A stretch of 64,000 nucleotides of DNA, taken from positions 128,001 to 192,000 of the forward strand of contig CAVZQN010000011.1 of NCBI GenBank assembly GCA_963777505.1, given 5' to 3'. The translations under genes were made by a program, and so were the position numbers. Of the stretch, positions 36,027 to 45,857 are shown one piece after another. The notes below the pieces were generated by a model that was not told the origin of the DNA, ran no database searches, and worked only from the letters and a program-made list of their open reading frames with translations. Positions within the stretch are counted from its first letter, which is position 1; the number at the start of each line of letters is the position of its first letter. This stretch comes from an uncultured bacterium (GTDB lineage: Bacteria > Acidobacteriota > HRBIN11 > JAKEFK01).

Positions 36027-38381
36027 ATGGTCGGAAAGACGATTGCGCATTATCGCATCTTGCAGGTACTTGGATCAGGTGGAATGGGCGATGTTTATCT
36101 TGCATTGGATGAGAAATTAGACCGCAGCGTAGCACTCAAGATTCTGCCGTCAGATGTAGCCGCCGATCCGGATCGTATGCGGCGTTTTGTTCAGGAAGCG
36201 CGTGCGGCTTCGGCGCTGAATCACCCCAATGTTGCGCAGATTTATGAAATTGGCGAAGCAGACGGGGTTCATTTCATTGCGATGCAATACGTAGAAGGAA
36301 TCACCCTGAACAGCCGTCTCAATGAAAAACCGTTGCCTGTAGATGAAGTGGTGAGTATTGCGCTGCAGGTTGCGGATGCATTGACCGAAGCGCACGCACG
36401 CGGGGTTATTCATCGCGACATTAAGCCTGCTAACATCATGATCAGCAATCGCGGACACGTAAAAGTCGTTGATTTTGGACTTGCAAAATTCTATCCCCAA
36501 TCCACCCCTGAATCGACCACGGCCAAAATTTCTCAAGATCCGCCGACACGAACCGGAGTCATTATAGGAACAATTCACTATTTGAGTCCTGAACAAGCCA
36601 TGGGCAAACAAGTGGATGGACGCTCCGATCTGTTTTCGCTTGGCGTTGTCTTGTATCAAATGGCAACTGGAAAATTGCCATTCGGCGGCGAAACGGCAAT
36701 GGAGATGCTGCATAACATTTTGCGGACCGATCCCGATCTGCCGGGACGCTTGAATAAAAGAATCAGCCCTGAATTAGAACGGATCATCACAAAAAGCATG
36801 GAAAAGGATCCCGAACGGCGTTATTCAAGTGCAAATGAAATGCTCGAAGATCTTCAAAAGCTAAAGCGTCAAATTGATTCAGGTGTTAGCGATCAAATCC
36901 GGCCGCTTGCATATTTTCCACGCAAAGCATCCAGGTCAATCCTTCTAGTCTTGACTCTCGCAGCCGCAGCCACCGGAGTTTATATTTGGAAAGGTCAACA
37001 AAAACCGATCGATTCCATTGCCATTCTTCCTTTTGTAAACGTCAATGGGAATAACGAAACGGAATATTTAAGCGATGGAATTACGGAAGGTGTCATAAAC
37101 AGTCTTTCGCAAATTCCACAGTTACGAGTTATGGCACGCAGCACAGTATTCGCATACAAAGGTAAGCAATCAAATCCGCGGAAGATTGGTCAAGACCTTC
37201 GCGTAGGAGCGGTGTTAACAGGAACTGTCTCCCAACGAAGCGAAAATCTCAACGTTCAAGCAGAACTTGTTGATGTTAAAGATGGTGCACAAATGTGGGG
37301 CAATCAATATACCACTGCTTTCGCAAATATTTTGCAAACACAAGAAGATATCACCCGGGAAATTTCAAATAGCCTAAGGCTCAGGCTGACCGGCGAACAG
37401 GAAAGGAGACTTACAAAACAATATACGAAAAATACTGAGGCTTACGATCTTTATTTGAAAGGAAGATATTACTGGAACAAAAGAACTGCAGACGGATTTC
37501 AAAAGGCTATCGATCAATTTAATCTCGCTATAAGAAAAGATCCGGAATATGCACTCGCGTATACCGGACTTGCTGATTGTTACACATTGTTACCCGCATG
37601 GGCTTTCATGAAGCCGAATGAAGCTCATCCTAAGGCGACCAAAGCCGCAGCACATGCGCTCGAAATCGATGAGTCGCTTGCTGAGGCGCATACAGCATTG
37701 GGACACACACTTCACAATTATGAATGGCATTGGACAGCTGCGGAGCGGGAGTATCAAAGAGCAATTCAACTCAATCCAAACTATGCGGTAGCACATCACT
37801 GGTATTCAAATTTGCTTTCCGATCTTGGACGCGGTCAGGAAGCGATTGATGAGAAGCGCCAAGCGCTTCGACTCGATCCTTTGTCCCTTGTGATTAATGC
37901 CGATTTTGGAAACATCCTTTATCATCAAAGAAAATATGATGAGGCAGTCCTTCAACTTCAAAAAACATTGGAATTGGATTCAAACTTTCCACTTGCTTAT
38001 CAATTTCTTGGATATGTCTACGAAGTTCGAAAACGCTATGATGAAGAAGTAGGGTCATTTAAGAAAGGACTTCAGAAATCTCCGAATGATCCGGAACTAA
38101 AAGCAGACCTCGCGCGCGCGCTTGCTCTTTCAGGCGATAAAGATCAAGCCCGGCAAATTCTTAACGAACTGCTCGCGCTTTCTCGCGAACGATATATTGT
38201 GGCATATGAAATAGCGATGATTTACGACGGTCTTGGTGAGAAATTTGAAACTTTTGAGTGGTTAGAAAAGGCTGTACAGGAGCGTTCCTATCAAGTTTCA
38301 AGTATGGCAGTTGATCCGCGTTTAGATCCTCTCCGTTCAGATCCACGATTTAAGAAGTTGTTGGAACGATTGCATCTCTAA
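36027..38381 (+). CDS. Hanks-type Ser/Thr kinase with TM, TolB-like domain and TPR repeats
   Basis: LGSGGMG, VALK, HRDIKPAN, DFGLAK, YLSPEQ; SIAILPF..YLSDGITE; TPRs; DPLRSDPRF end. Confidence 0.95.
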   Translation: MVGKTIAHYRILQVLGSGGMGDVYLALDEKLDRSVALKILPSDVAADPDRMRRFVQEARAASALNHPNVAQIYEIGEADGVHFIAMQYVEGITLNSRLNEKPLPVDEVVSIALQVADALTEAHARGVIHRDIKPANIMISNRGHVKVVDFGLAKFYPQSTPESTTAKISQDPPTRTGVIIGTIHYLSPEQAMGKQVDGRSDLFSLGVVLYQMATGKLPFGGETAMEMLHNILRTDPDLPGRLNKRISPELERIITKSMEKDPERRYSSANEMLEDLQKLKRQIDSGVSDQIRPLAYFPRKASRSILLVLTLAAAATGVYIWKGQQKPIDSIAILPFVNVNGNNETEYLSDGITEGVINSLSQIPQLRVMARSTVFAYKGKQSNPRKIGQDLRVGAVLTGTVSQRSENLNVQAELVDVKDGAQMWGNQYTTAFANILQTQEDITREISNSLRLRLTGEQERRLTKQYTKNTEAYDLYLKGRYYWNKRTADGFQKAIDQFNLAIRKDPEYALAYTGLADCYTLLPAWAFMKPNEAHPKATKAAAHALEIDESLAEAHTALGHTLHNYEWHWTAAEREYQRAIQLNPNYAVAHHWYSNLLSDLGRGQEAIDEKRQALRLDPLSLVINADFGNILYHQRKYDEAVLQLQKTLELDSNFPLAYQFLGYVYEVRKRYDEEVGSFKKGLQKSPNDPELKADLARALALSGDKDQARQILNELLALSRERYIVAYEIAMIYDGLGEKFETFEWLEKAVQERSYQVSSMAVDPRLDPLRSDPRFKKLLERLHL

Positions 38382-38432
38382 GCTTCAAACATAATTTAGT
38401 CGCTGAAGATACGTGTTCTAGTTATACCTATT

Positions 38433-39224
38433 ATGAATGTTTCTCGAATTATTGAAGCAACTGGTTTGGTTGTACTCAATGCGTTTGGATGGATCGGTGC
38501 GCTCTCTGCGTTTGGATTTCGGGCGATCAAGGAAGCATTTCGTCCGCCTTTTGAATTCACCGAGATTGCGCGTCAGCTTTACGAAATCGGTTGGCGATCG
38601 ATCCCATTAATTGCAGCATCGGGTTTTGCAGTAGGAACAGTCCTTTCGCTTCATACGCGTTCATCATTGGAACGTTTTGGTGCAGAATCGATGATTCCAG
38701 CCGGTCTTGCAATTGCTCTTGTAAAAGAAACCGGACCTTTAACCGCAGGCTTGTTATTGGCGGGCAGGGTAGGTGCTGGCATCGGTGCAGAAGTTGGCGG
38801 TATGAAAGTTACAGAACAAATTGATGCCCTGGAATCACTGGCTGTTGATCCATTTAAATTTCTAGTTGTTACACGAGTCATTGCCTGTCTTCTTGCATTT
38901 CCACTACTCACAACCATTATGAACTTCACAGGGATCCTTGGAGGATATTTATCGGAAAAATTTGTGTCCGGTATGTCGCTTCATCTGTATTACAATCACG
39001 CATTTTCAATCATCGAATTTAATGATTACATTCCTTCAACATTAAAGACTTCTGTTTTTGGATTCATTATTGCTTCGGTTTCCACCTTTCTGGGCTTCAA
39101 TGCTTCCGGCGGGAGTGAAGGCGTTGGACGCGCTTCAACTCAAAGTGTCGTCTACTCTTCAATTTTATTGATCCTCATCAATGTGATTCTTGTTAAAGCC
39201 ATCAGTTTCTTTTTGCCTCAATGA
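38433..39224 (+). CDS. mlaE: MlaE family ABC transporter permease
   Basis: ETGP..AGRVGAGIGAEVGGMKVTEQIDAL; GVGRASTQSVV. Confidence 0.93.
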   Translation: MNVSRIIEATGLVVLNAFGWIGALSAFGFRAIKEAFRPPFEFTEIARQLYEIGWRSIPLIAASGFAVGTVLSLHTRSSLERFGAESMIPAGLAIALVKETGPLTAGLLLAGRVGAGIGAEVGGMKVTEQIDALESLAVDPFKFLVVTRVIACLLAFPLLTTIMNFTGILGGYLSEKFVSGMSLHLYYNHAFSIIEFNDYIPSTLKTSVFGFIIASVSTFLGFNASGGSEGVGRASTQSVVYSSILLILINVILVKAISFFLPQ

Positions 39225-39964
39225 CGCCTGACGCTGTAAGGCTTGAACACGTTTCTAAATCCTTCAAAGGGAAGGTGGTTCTTGCTGATATCTCCTTTGA
39301 AGTTCGCAAAGAAACTGCGTTCTGTATTTTAGGCAGAAGCGGATCAGGCAAGAGTGTAACTCTAAAACATATCGAAGGGCTCGTAAAACCCGATGAAGGC
39401 CGTATCTTTGTGGAAGAAGAAGAAATTACAAATATGACAATTCAAGAACTAAATCGTGTTCGGAGAAAGATGGGCTTTCTTTTTCAAGCATCAGCACTTT
39501 TTGATTCGTTGACCGTTGGTGAAAATGTTGCTTTTCCTTTGCGTAGACACACAAAAATGTCTGAAGATGAAATTCAAAAAGCAGTGAGGGAAAAGCTTGT
39601 CAGTGTGGGGTTGGAAAAAGATGCCGGCAAAATGCCATCTGAAATTTCAGGTGGCATGAAGAAACGAGCAGGTCTGGCCCGCGCCCTTGCAATGGAACCT
39701 TCGATCTTACTTGTCGATGAACCGAGCGCAGGATTGGATCCGATTACTGCAGCAGAAATCGATGAATTGATTCATAAGCTTAAAACAGAACGAGGTGTAA
39801 CTGTTATTCTTGTTACCCACAATATACCAAGCGCAAGGCGTCTGGCTGATGAACTGGTCTTTCTTCATGATGCAAAAATCATTGCACGAGGTACAGTTCA
39901 GGATTTGGAACAGCATGATGATCCTTTAGTGCGATCTTTCATGTCTTCTAAGAATGCAGGGTAA
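39221..39964 (+). CDS. mlaF: MlaF family ABC transporter ATP-binding protein
   Basis: GRSGSGKS, FQASALFDSLTV, ISGGMKKR, DEPSAGLDP, VTH. Confidence 0.93.
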   Translation: MTPDAVRLEHVSKSFKGKVVLADISFEVRKETAFCILGRSGSGKSVTLKHIEGLVKPDEGRIFVEEEEITNMTIQELNRVRRKMGFLFQASALFDSLTVGENVAFPLRRHTKMSEDEIQKAVREKLVSVGLEKDAGKMPSEISGGMKKRAGLARALAMEPSILLVDEPSAGLDPITAAEIDELIHKLKTERGVTVILVTHNIPSARRLADELVFLHDAKIIARGTVQDLEQHDDPLVRSFMSSKNAG

Positions 39965-39971
39965 GAGGGTT

Positions 39972-41316
39972 ATGCGTGATAACGAAAAGAATCGATATGT
40001 AGGTTTAGGAATTTTTGTATTCCTGGGTCTTATGCTTTTTGCTTTGGGATTATTTCTGATCGGAAATCGTCGCATGTTATTTGAAGACAGTTTCGAAGTC
40101 TGGACAGAATTTTCTAAAATCACAGGTCTTCAAAGCGGTGCGATCGTACGCGTTTCGGGAAAAGATTCGGGAGAAGTCAAAGAAATACGGGTGCCGCGCA
40201 GCCCTGCTGAAAAATTCCGGATCAGGATGCGCATCGTTGAAGAGGTGCATGGGCTTGTCCGTAAGGACTCCATAGCCACTATTCAAACTGATGGACTTGT
40301 CGGAAATAAATTTTTGAGTGTCGATGTAGGTTCAGTTGAAGCGCCAATCGCTCCGGCGGGAAGCACAATTCCCAGGCCGCGAACCCTTTGAGTTCTCCGA
40401 CTTGCTTCAAGAAGCGAGCGAGACGATGCATGTCGCAAGCGAAACAGTAAAATATTTGCGTGACGATATAGAAAAAACATTAAAAGTTGCCAGCCGCACA
40501 ATTGAAGAAGTGCAGCTGATCGTGAAGCAAACAGGTGGAGATTTAAAAGGGATTACAAGTTCCGGTGACAAAATCGCAAAAGACTTGAGTGAAATTGTTT
40601 CAGGTGTGAAAGAGGGAAGAGGCACGATCGGAAGAGTCATGACAGATGATTCAATTTATGAAAGCGTCGATGCAATGGCGAAAGATGCCGCACTGACAGC
40701 TCAGAACATTCGTGAAGCTTCCGAAAAGGCACATAAAATTATTGCAGATTTTCAGCAAAAATCTGCAAAAGGATTTACTGAAGAAGCGCAGGGGACGATC
40801 AGGAATCTCAATGAAGTTCTTACCGACATGGCAGACAATGCTGAAGCACTGAAACGAAATTTCTTCTTTAAAGGCTTTTTCAAAAATCGTGGTTATTATG
40901 ACCTGGATAATTTATCCGTTTCTGACTACAAGTCCGGAACGCTGTTCAGGAATCATTATGAAAAAACATTTTGGTTGGCGGCCAACGAACTTTTTGAAAG
41001 CAAAGGAACTGAGGAAATACTATCGGAACAGGGCAAACGGCTTGTTGTTAATACAATGAAAGAACTTTTACGCTATCAAGCGAACCCCGTCTTTTTCGCA
41101 GAAGGTTATGCATCGGAGGGTACTCCTGGGGATCAATATTTGCGTTCACGCCAGCGGGCAGTGCTGGTCAGAAATTACATACTTTCTCAATTTCCTCTTC
41201 CTTCGGAAGCATTCGGAGTGATGCCGTTGGGCTTGAAGATAAATCAATTGACCAATGAAACATGGGATGGTGTCTCACTGGTTGTTTATTATGAACCTTC
41301 TGAGGGTTTGAAATAA
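39972..41316 (+). CDS. mlaD: MlaD/MCE protein with coiled coil and C-terminal OmpA-like domain, split by a +1 indel at about 40371
   Basis: TM; GLQSGAIVRVSG; IQTDGLVGNKF MCE domain; continues PGREPFEF in the next frame; SRQRAVLVRNY OmpA-like motif. Confidence 0.85.
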
Positions 41317-41317
41317 G

Positions 41318-42490
41318 ATGCATTTCTGGCAAAAGTCTAGAGACGAAACACCCGGCTGCAAAAATGTTCTGCATTTCAACAATGCTGGAGCATCTTTAAT
41401 GCCACTTCCAGTTTTTGATGCAATTGAACAGCATCTAAAACTTGAACTTGAAATTGGCGGCTACGAAGCTCATGCGCAAAATCTTGAAAAGATTGAGCAA
41501 ATTTATGATGCCGCTGCAAGGATGTTGAACTGCGATCGGGATGAGATTGCATTCATTGAAAATGCTACACGCGCCTGGGATATGGCTTTTTATTCGATTC
41601 CGTTTCGACCGGGCGACCGTATTCTTACTGCTGAGTCTGAATATGCAAGTAATTACATCGCTTTCCTTCAAGTTGCCAGGAAAACAGGTGCGGTAATTGA
41701 TGTGGTTCCTTCGGATGATTCGGGTCAAATTTCACTGGATGCGCTTCGCGGCCGAATCGATGACCGGGTAAAATTGATTGCACTCACGCATGTTCCTACG
41801 AATGGTGGGCTTGTAAGTCCAGCTGCAGAAGTTGGCAAGATTGCGCGTGATGCTGGCATTTTGTTTTTGCTCGATGCTTGCCAATCCGCCGGGCAAATGC
41901 CGCTTGATGTAAGAAAACTCGGATGCAATTTTTTGTCGGCAACCGGCAGAAAATTCTTGCGCGGACCGCGCGGGACCGGTTTTCTTTATGTTGACAAAAA
42001 TTTTATTGAAAAACTGGAACCTCCATTTCTAGATTTGCATGCTGCAACTTGGACATCCCAGGAGAGTTACGAAATCAGATCTGATTCGCTGCGTTTTGAA
42101 AATTGGGAACAAAACTTCGCAGGTAAAATCGGATTGGCTACGGCTATCGAGTATGCAATGCAATGGGGACTCGATGCGATCTATGAACGAGTTCAACATC
42201 TCGCTGAATTGCTAAGAAAGAATCTGCTGGAAATCCCAGGCGCCCAGGTTCACGACCTCGGCAAGGAACGATGTGGCATTGTTACGTTTACGATCGCTGG
42301 GCTAGATCCGGATGAGATAAAACGAGAACTGACAAAGCGGAAAATCAATGTCACTACCACCACAACCTCTTCGACTCTTCTTGATATGGAATCGCGTAAT
42401 CTGGAGAAACTTGTCCGCGCTTCGGTTCATTATTTCAACACCGAAGAAGAAGTAAGTTCCTTTTGCAGCGTTCTCCATGAAATCCTTTAG
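41318..42490 (+). CDS. class V PLP-dependent aminotransferase-fold enzyme (SufS/EgtE-like)
   Basis: HFNNAGASL, LDACQSAGQ, SATGRKFLRGPRGTG (PLP lysine), VRASVHYFN. Confidence 0.9.
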   Translation: MHFWQKSRDETPGCKNVLHFNNAGASLMPLPVFDAIEQHLKLELEIGGYEAHAQNLEKIEQIYDAAARMLNCDRDEIAFIENATRAWDMAFYSIPFRPGDRILTAESEYASNYIAFLQVARKTGAVIDVVPSDDSGQISLDALRGRIDDRVKLIALTHVPTNGGLVSPAAEVGKIARDAGILFLLDACQSAGQMPLDVRKLGCNFLSATGRKFLRGPRGTGFLYVDKNFIEKLEPPFLDLHAATWTSQESYEIRSDSLRFENWEQNFAGKIGLATAIEYAMQWGLDAIYERVQHLAELLRKNLLEIPGAQVHDLGKERCGIVTFTIAGLDPDEIKRELTKRKINVTTTTTSSTLLDMESRNLEKLVRASVHYFNTEEEVSSFCSVLHEIL

Positions 42491-42628
42491 CCTTGTAGCT
42501 AAACTACGCTCCGCCTTATAGCAAAAAAAATCAATTTGTGTCGTTTCGATCAAAGCAATTGCTTCTCGAAATGTTCACACTATATTGAACGTCGTGAGTG
42601 CTAACGCAACTTCCTTAAGGAGAAAAAA

Positions 42629-43225
42629 ATGAAAAACGAAAAAGTGACCCAACATTTGCTTGAAGCGTTGGAAACCGAACTCGGGGGAGTTGAGGTATAC
42701 ACAACAGCGCTTCGCTGCGTGGTGAATAAAGACCTGAAAGAAGAGTGGGAAAAGTATTTAGAAGAAACTCAAAATCATGTTCAAAAAGTCCAGACTTTGT
42801 GTGAAGAGCTAGGAATTGACCCGGAAACAGAGACACCTGGACGGGAGATTGTTCGACATATCGGTGAATCTCTGGTTCAAGCTATGGAAATGGCACTGAG
42901 GGCCGGCGAACCAGAAGCTGCAGAAATTGTGGCCGCTGAATGTGTCGTTCATGCCGAAACTAAAGATCATTTGAATTGGGAACTCATAGGCCAAATTGCT
43001 GAAAAGGCTAAAGGTGACGAGAGAAAAGCTTTAAAAGCAGCCTATGAAGAGATTGAGGATCAGGAAGACGAACACCTCTACCATACAAAAGGATGGGTAC
43101 GAGAACTTCATATTCAGGCTTTAGGTATGCCTGCAGTTCTGCCCCCTCCGGAAGAGGAAAAAGACGTCAAAACAGCGATTGGAGCCGCACGAGCGGAACA
43201 ATCCCGAAAAGAAATGCTTAAATAG
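42629..43225 (+). CDS. ferritin-like DUF892 family stress protein
   Basis: ALETELGG, EETQNH, AETKDHLNW, QEDEHLYH di-metal motifs; AAGGAG RBS. Confidence 0.88.
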   Translation: MKNEKVTQHLLEALETELGGVEVYTTALRCVVNKDLKEEWEKYLEETQNHVQKVQTLCEELGIDPETETPGREIVRHIGESLVQAMEMALRAGEPEAAEIVAAECVVHAETKDHLNWELIGQIAEKAKGDERKALKAAYEEIEDQEDEHLYHTKGWVRELHIQALGMPAVLPPPEEEKDVKTAIGAARAEQSRKEMLK

Positions 43226-43235
43226 GATTCCCGAC

Positions 43236-43259
43236 GGGGTGTCGTGTCAAAGACACCCC
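43236..43259 (+). terminator. hairpin downstream of DUF892 gene
   Basis: GGGGTGTC ... GACACCCC; no U-tract. Confidence 0.4.
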
Positions 43260-43304
43260 ATAATCCCCCATTTCACTTACCTTACTAGATCCTTCGAATG
43301 CCTC

Positions 43305-43333
43305 TTGATTTGATTTTGTGATTGCGCTAGTAT
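43305..43333 (+). promoter_or_regulatory. sigma70-like promoter
   Basis: TTGATT-17 bp-TAGTAT. Confidence 0.5.
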
Positions 43334-43363
43334 TTCAAATACCTCAAAAAATCATCTCCAGTG

Positions 43364-43396
43364 AGGCAAGTCTACACCCGGACTTGCCTTTTTTTT
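43364..43396 (+). terminator. intrinsic terminator
   Basis: AGGCAAGTC ... GACTTGCCT followed by a T run. Confidence 0.8.
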
Positions 43397-43449
43397 ATGT
43401 ACTGAAGAGTTACCACTAACACTCAGAGACTCTGCGGTAGAATCTTCCG

Positions 43450-44673
43450 ATGAATGTTCGATCGGTTCTTTTTTCGCGCAGCTTTTTGCTCGTCTTTTCT
43501 TCATTCTTTTTTCTTTGGATCAGTTTTGATTTTTTCATCTTGTTTCCATTGTTCATTTTGGAACGCGGTGGAAATTCAGTCGATGTTGGAATTCAGACTG
43601 CCATCTTTTTCTTTCCATCTGTAATTTTGCGTCCTCTTGCAGGATGGTTAACCGATCATACCGGGAGACTCAAAACACTCTGGGCTGGAATTGTTTTCAT
43701 GATTCTTACTTCTTTCGCATTTCTTGCTCTTCCAGGGTCATATCAGGATTTCAAGATTTGGTGCGCCTTGAATTTGTTTTTGCGAGGCCTGGGATTTTCC
43801 GCATTCTATACAGCCTTCTTTACATATACAACGGATCTTGCACCAGTAGAGATTCGCGCACGCATCATTGGTTTGTTTGGCGTATCAGGACTCATAGCAC
43901 ATGGTCTGGCGCCAAGGATTGCGGAAATCGTTTTGAGTCAATGGAAATTCACAGGCTATTTTGTTGCCAGTGGAATACTAGCTACCCTGAGTTTGTTCAT
44001 TGCTTTGTTTCTGCGAGAACAACCTCATGCAAAATCAAAAGGAGAAACTGCACTTCGTTCCCTGCGAAAAGTGACATTCAGCATACGGAATTTCATTGTA
44101 TTGCCAGGAGCGTTTACTTTTGGATTTGCAGTAGCAAGTTTTAATACATTTGGTGCTCCATACTTTCGGAATATTCCTGGAACCAGTGTTGGCTATTTTT
44201 TTCTTGTATATGGATTGATGGCCGGTTTTATCCGCGTTTTGTTTGGAGGCATTGCTGACCGTTACCCAAGATGGAAACTTGTTGCGATCTTTTTCGCCCT
44301 GCAAGGGGTAGGGCTGTTCCTAATTATCTGGGAGCCAATAAAGACGCATTATTTGATTGCTGCATTAATCAGTGGCGCTGCCCATGGAATCCTTTTCCCT
44401 ACCATGGCTGCAATGGCAGTTGATGCCCATCCACCAGAGAATCGGGGCTTGATTACAAGCGTTTTTACGGGAATGCTAGAGCTTGGCTTCTCTATCGGAT
44501 CATACCTATTCGGACTGGCGGTTTCTGGTTTCGGATATCAAGGGATGTTCTCAATCGCGGCTGGCTTTGCAATCCTATTTGCAGGCTATACAGTCGTCGC
44601 GGGGATATTGAGGCCAAAAATAGCCTTAAATACTCCTTATGAAACCGCATTTGACATTGTTGATCCTAAATAA
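43450..44673 (+). CDS. MFS transporter
   Basis: About 12 TM; RPLAGWLTDHTGR motif A; GGIADRYPR; PPENRG. Confidence 0.92.
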   Translation: MNVRSVLFSRSFLLVFSSFFFLWISFDFFILFPLFILERGGNSVDVGIQTAIFFFPSVILRPLAGWLTDHTGRLKTLWAGIVFMILTSFAFLALPGSYQDFKIWCALNLFLRGLGFSAFYTAFFTYTTDLAPVEIRARIIGLFGVSGLIAHGLAPRIAEIVLSQWKFTGYFVASGILATLSLFIALFLREQPHAKSKGETALRSLRKVTFSIRNFIVLPGAFTFGFAVASFNTFGAPYFRNIPGTSVGYFFLVYGLMAGFIRVLFGGIADRYPRWKLVAIFFALQGVGLFLIIWEPIKTHYLIAALISGAAHGILFPTMAAMAVDAHPPENRGLITSVFTGMLELGFSIGSYLFGLAVSGFGYQGMFSIAAGFAILFAGYTVVAGILRPKIALNTPYETAFDIVDPK

Positions 44674-44747
44674 TTAACATATAGGGGTCCGGAAAATATC
44701 TTCCGGCCAATCCCTTTTTGTCTAGGTCCTTCGTCAGGAGGTCTCTC

Positions 44748-44999
44748 ATGGACCAAATGTTTGAATGGAAATCTTCCTTAGGAGATTTCGACATCACGCC
44801 TGATCCGGATTGCATGATGGTATATGTTCAAAGCCATCGTAATTCGGACGTCCCTAAAATGCAGCCGCGCGAAATCCCTTCCTGGTTTTTTGAACCCGAT
44901 ACCATATGGTTCCACTTCGGTGCATCGGATGCCGAAGACAAAGTGACAGCAGGCTCGCGTATAAAAAAACAACTGCTTCAGGAACTTGGTAGGGCTTGA
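44748..44999 (+). CDS. hypothetical protein (83 aa)
   Basis: AGGAGG RBS before ATG 44748; hairpin after the stop. Confidence 0.6.
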   Translation: MDQMFEWKSSLGDFDITPDPDCMMVYVQSHRNSDVPKMQPREIPSWFFEPDTIWFHFGASDAEDKVTAGSRIKKQLLQELGRA

Positions 45000-45007
45000 A
45001 CTTATAA

Positions 45008-45040
45008 GCATCGGGAAGGCTTAATAAGTCTTCCCGATGC
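45008..45040 (+). terminator. hairpin after small ORF
   Basis: GCATCGGGAAG ... CTTCCCGATGC. Confidence 0.55.
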
Positions 45041-45053
45041 CCGCTGCAATTTC

Positions 45054-45100
45054 TTTTTACCACAAAGTCGCAAAGATGCTCTGTGTCTTTGCGGTTAAAA
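45054..45100. repeat. palindromic repeat (ACCACAAAG-type)
   Basis: TTTTACCACAAAG ... CTTTGCGGTTAAAA. Confidence 0.65.
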
Positions 45101-45110
45101 AATGCGGGTG

Positions 45111-45152
45111 AAAAAGACATCGGCGCCCTGCCGGGAGCAGCGGGACGCCGAT
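45111..45152 (-). terminator. intrinsic terminator downstream of receiver gene
   Basis: Minus strand ATCGGCGTCC ... GGGCGCCGAT-GTCTTTTT. Confidence 0.65.
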
Positions 45153-45217
45153 TTTCCAAGGGAAGTGGAGGGGGACCTACTTGCCTGGTTAGTTGTCCAT
45201 ATAAATCCGAAATATCC

Positions 45218-45673
45218 TCAAAATGTTGTCTCGCTTTTTAAAAGAACTGCTTTTTCCATAGACTCTGTAAAGTCCTGATCCGAGAAGGGTTTCTTGAGAT
45301 ATATATATTTTTCAAGTGCCTCAAGCAGTGGAAACTCCTTTTCTGCCTGGGAAGACATGAATATTACTGGTAGAGGAGCCGAAAAGTATCCTTGTAGAAT
45401 TACAGCTGTTTCAGCACCATTGATATCAGCTTGTCTTGCATCTGGATCTACCAAAAGAATGTCAGGTCGATTTTGTTTCGCTAAATCGATTGCAGTTCGG
45501 GCTGATTCAGTTATTTCAACATCGAAGCCCATATGTTCTAAACGAAGTCGTAAGTCTTCAGCGATAATGGCTTCATCTTCAACAATCAAAACTCGAATGA
45601 ATTTTCCATTGCCATTACCAGAAATTGATTTTGCTATTGAGTTACCATTGTTTGGACCATCAGGGCGGATCAT
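45218..45673 (-). CDS. single-domain response regulator receiver
   Basis: RVLIVEDE, PDILLVD, VIFMS, LKKPF; AAGGAGG RBS before ATG 45673. Confidence 0.88.
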   Translation of the reverse strand: MIRPDGPNNGNSIAKSISGNGNGKFIRVLIVEDEAIIAEDLRLRLEHMGFDVEITESARTAIDLAKQNRPDILLVDPDARQADINGAETAVILQGYFSAPLPVIFMSSQAEKEFPLLEALEKYIYLKKPFSDQDFTESMEKAVLLKSETTF

Positions 45674-45857
45674 TGAACGTTTGCCTCCTTTTTGTAATTC
45701 AAACTGGTGCAATAGACGTTTTGCCGCGTATGTAAAGAAAAATGGAGAGAGTGACAACAACCTCCAACAAGCTTCTTACACTGCCTCTGGCCTCTTAAAT
45801 AGCAATGCTAAAGCTCTGCCAGGATATTGTGAGATGTAGTGCCTTCGGTAGTGTCCT

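Noticed and set aside
45806-45821. Sigma54-like TGGCAGAGCTTTAGCA on the minus strand
   Set aside because: GG-N10-GC spacing fits, but the consensus match is weak and no activator is nearby.
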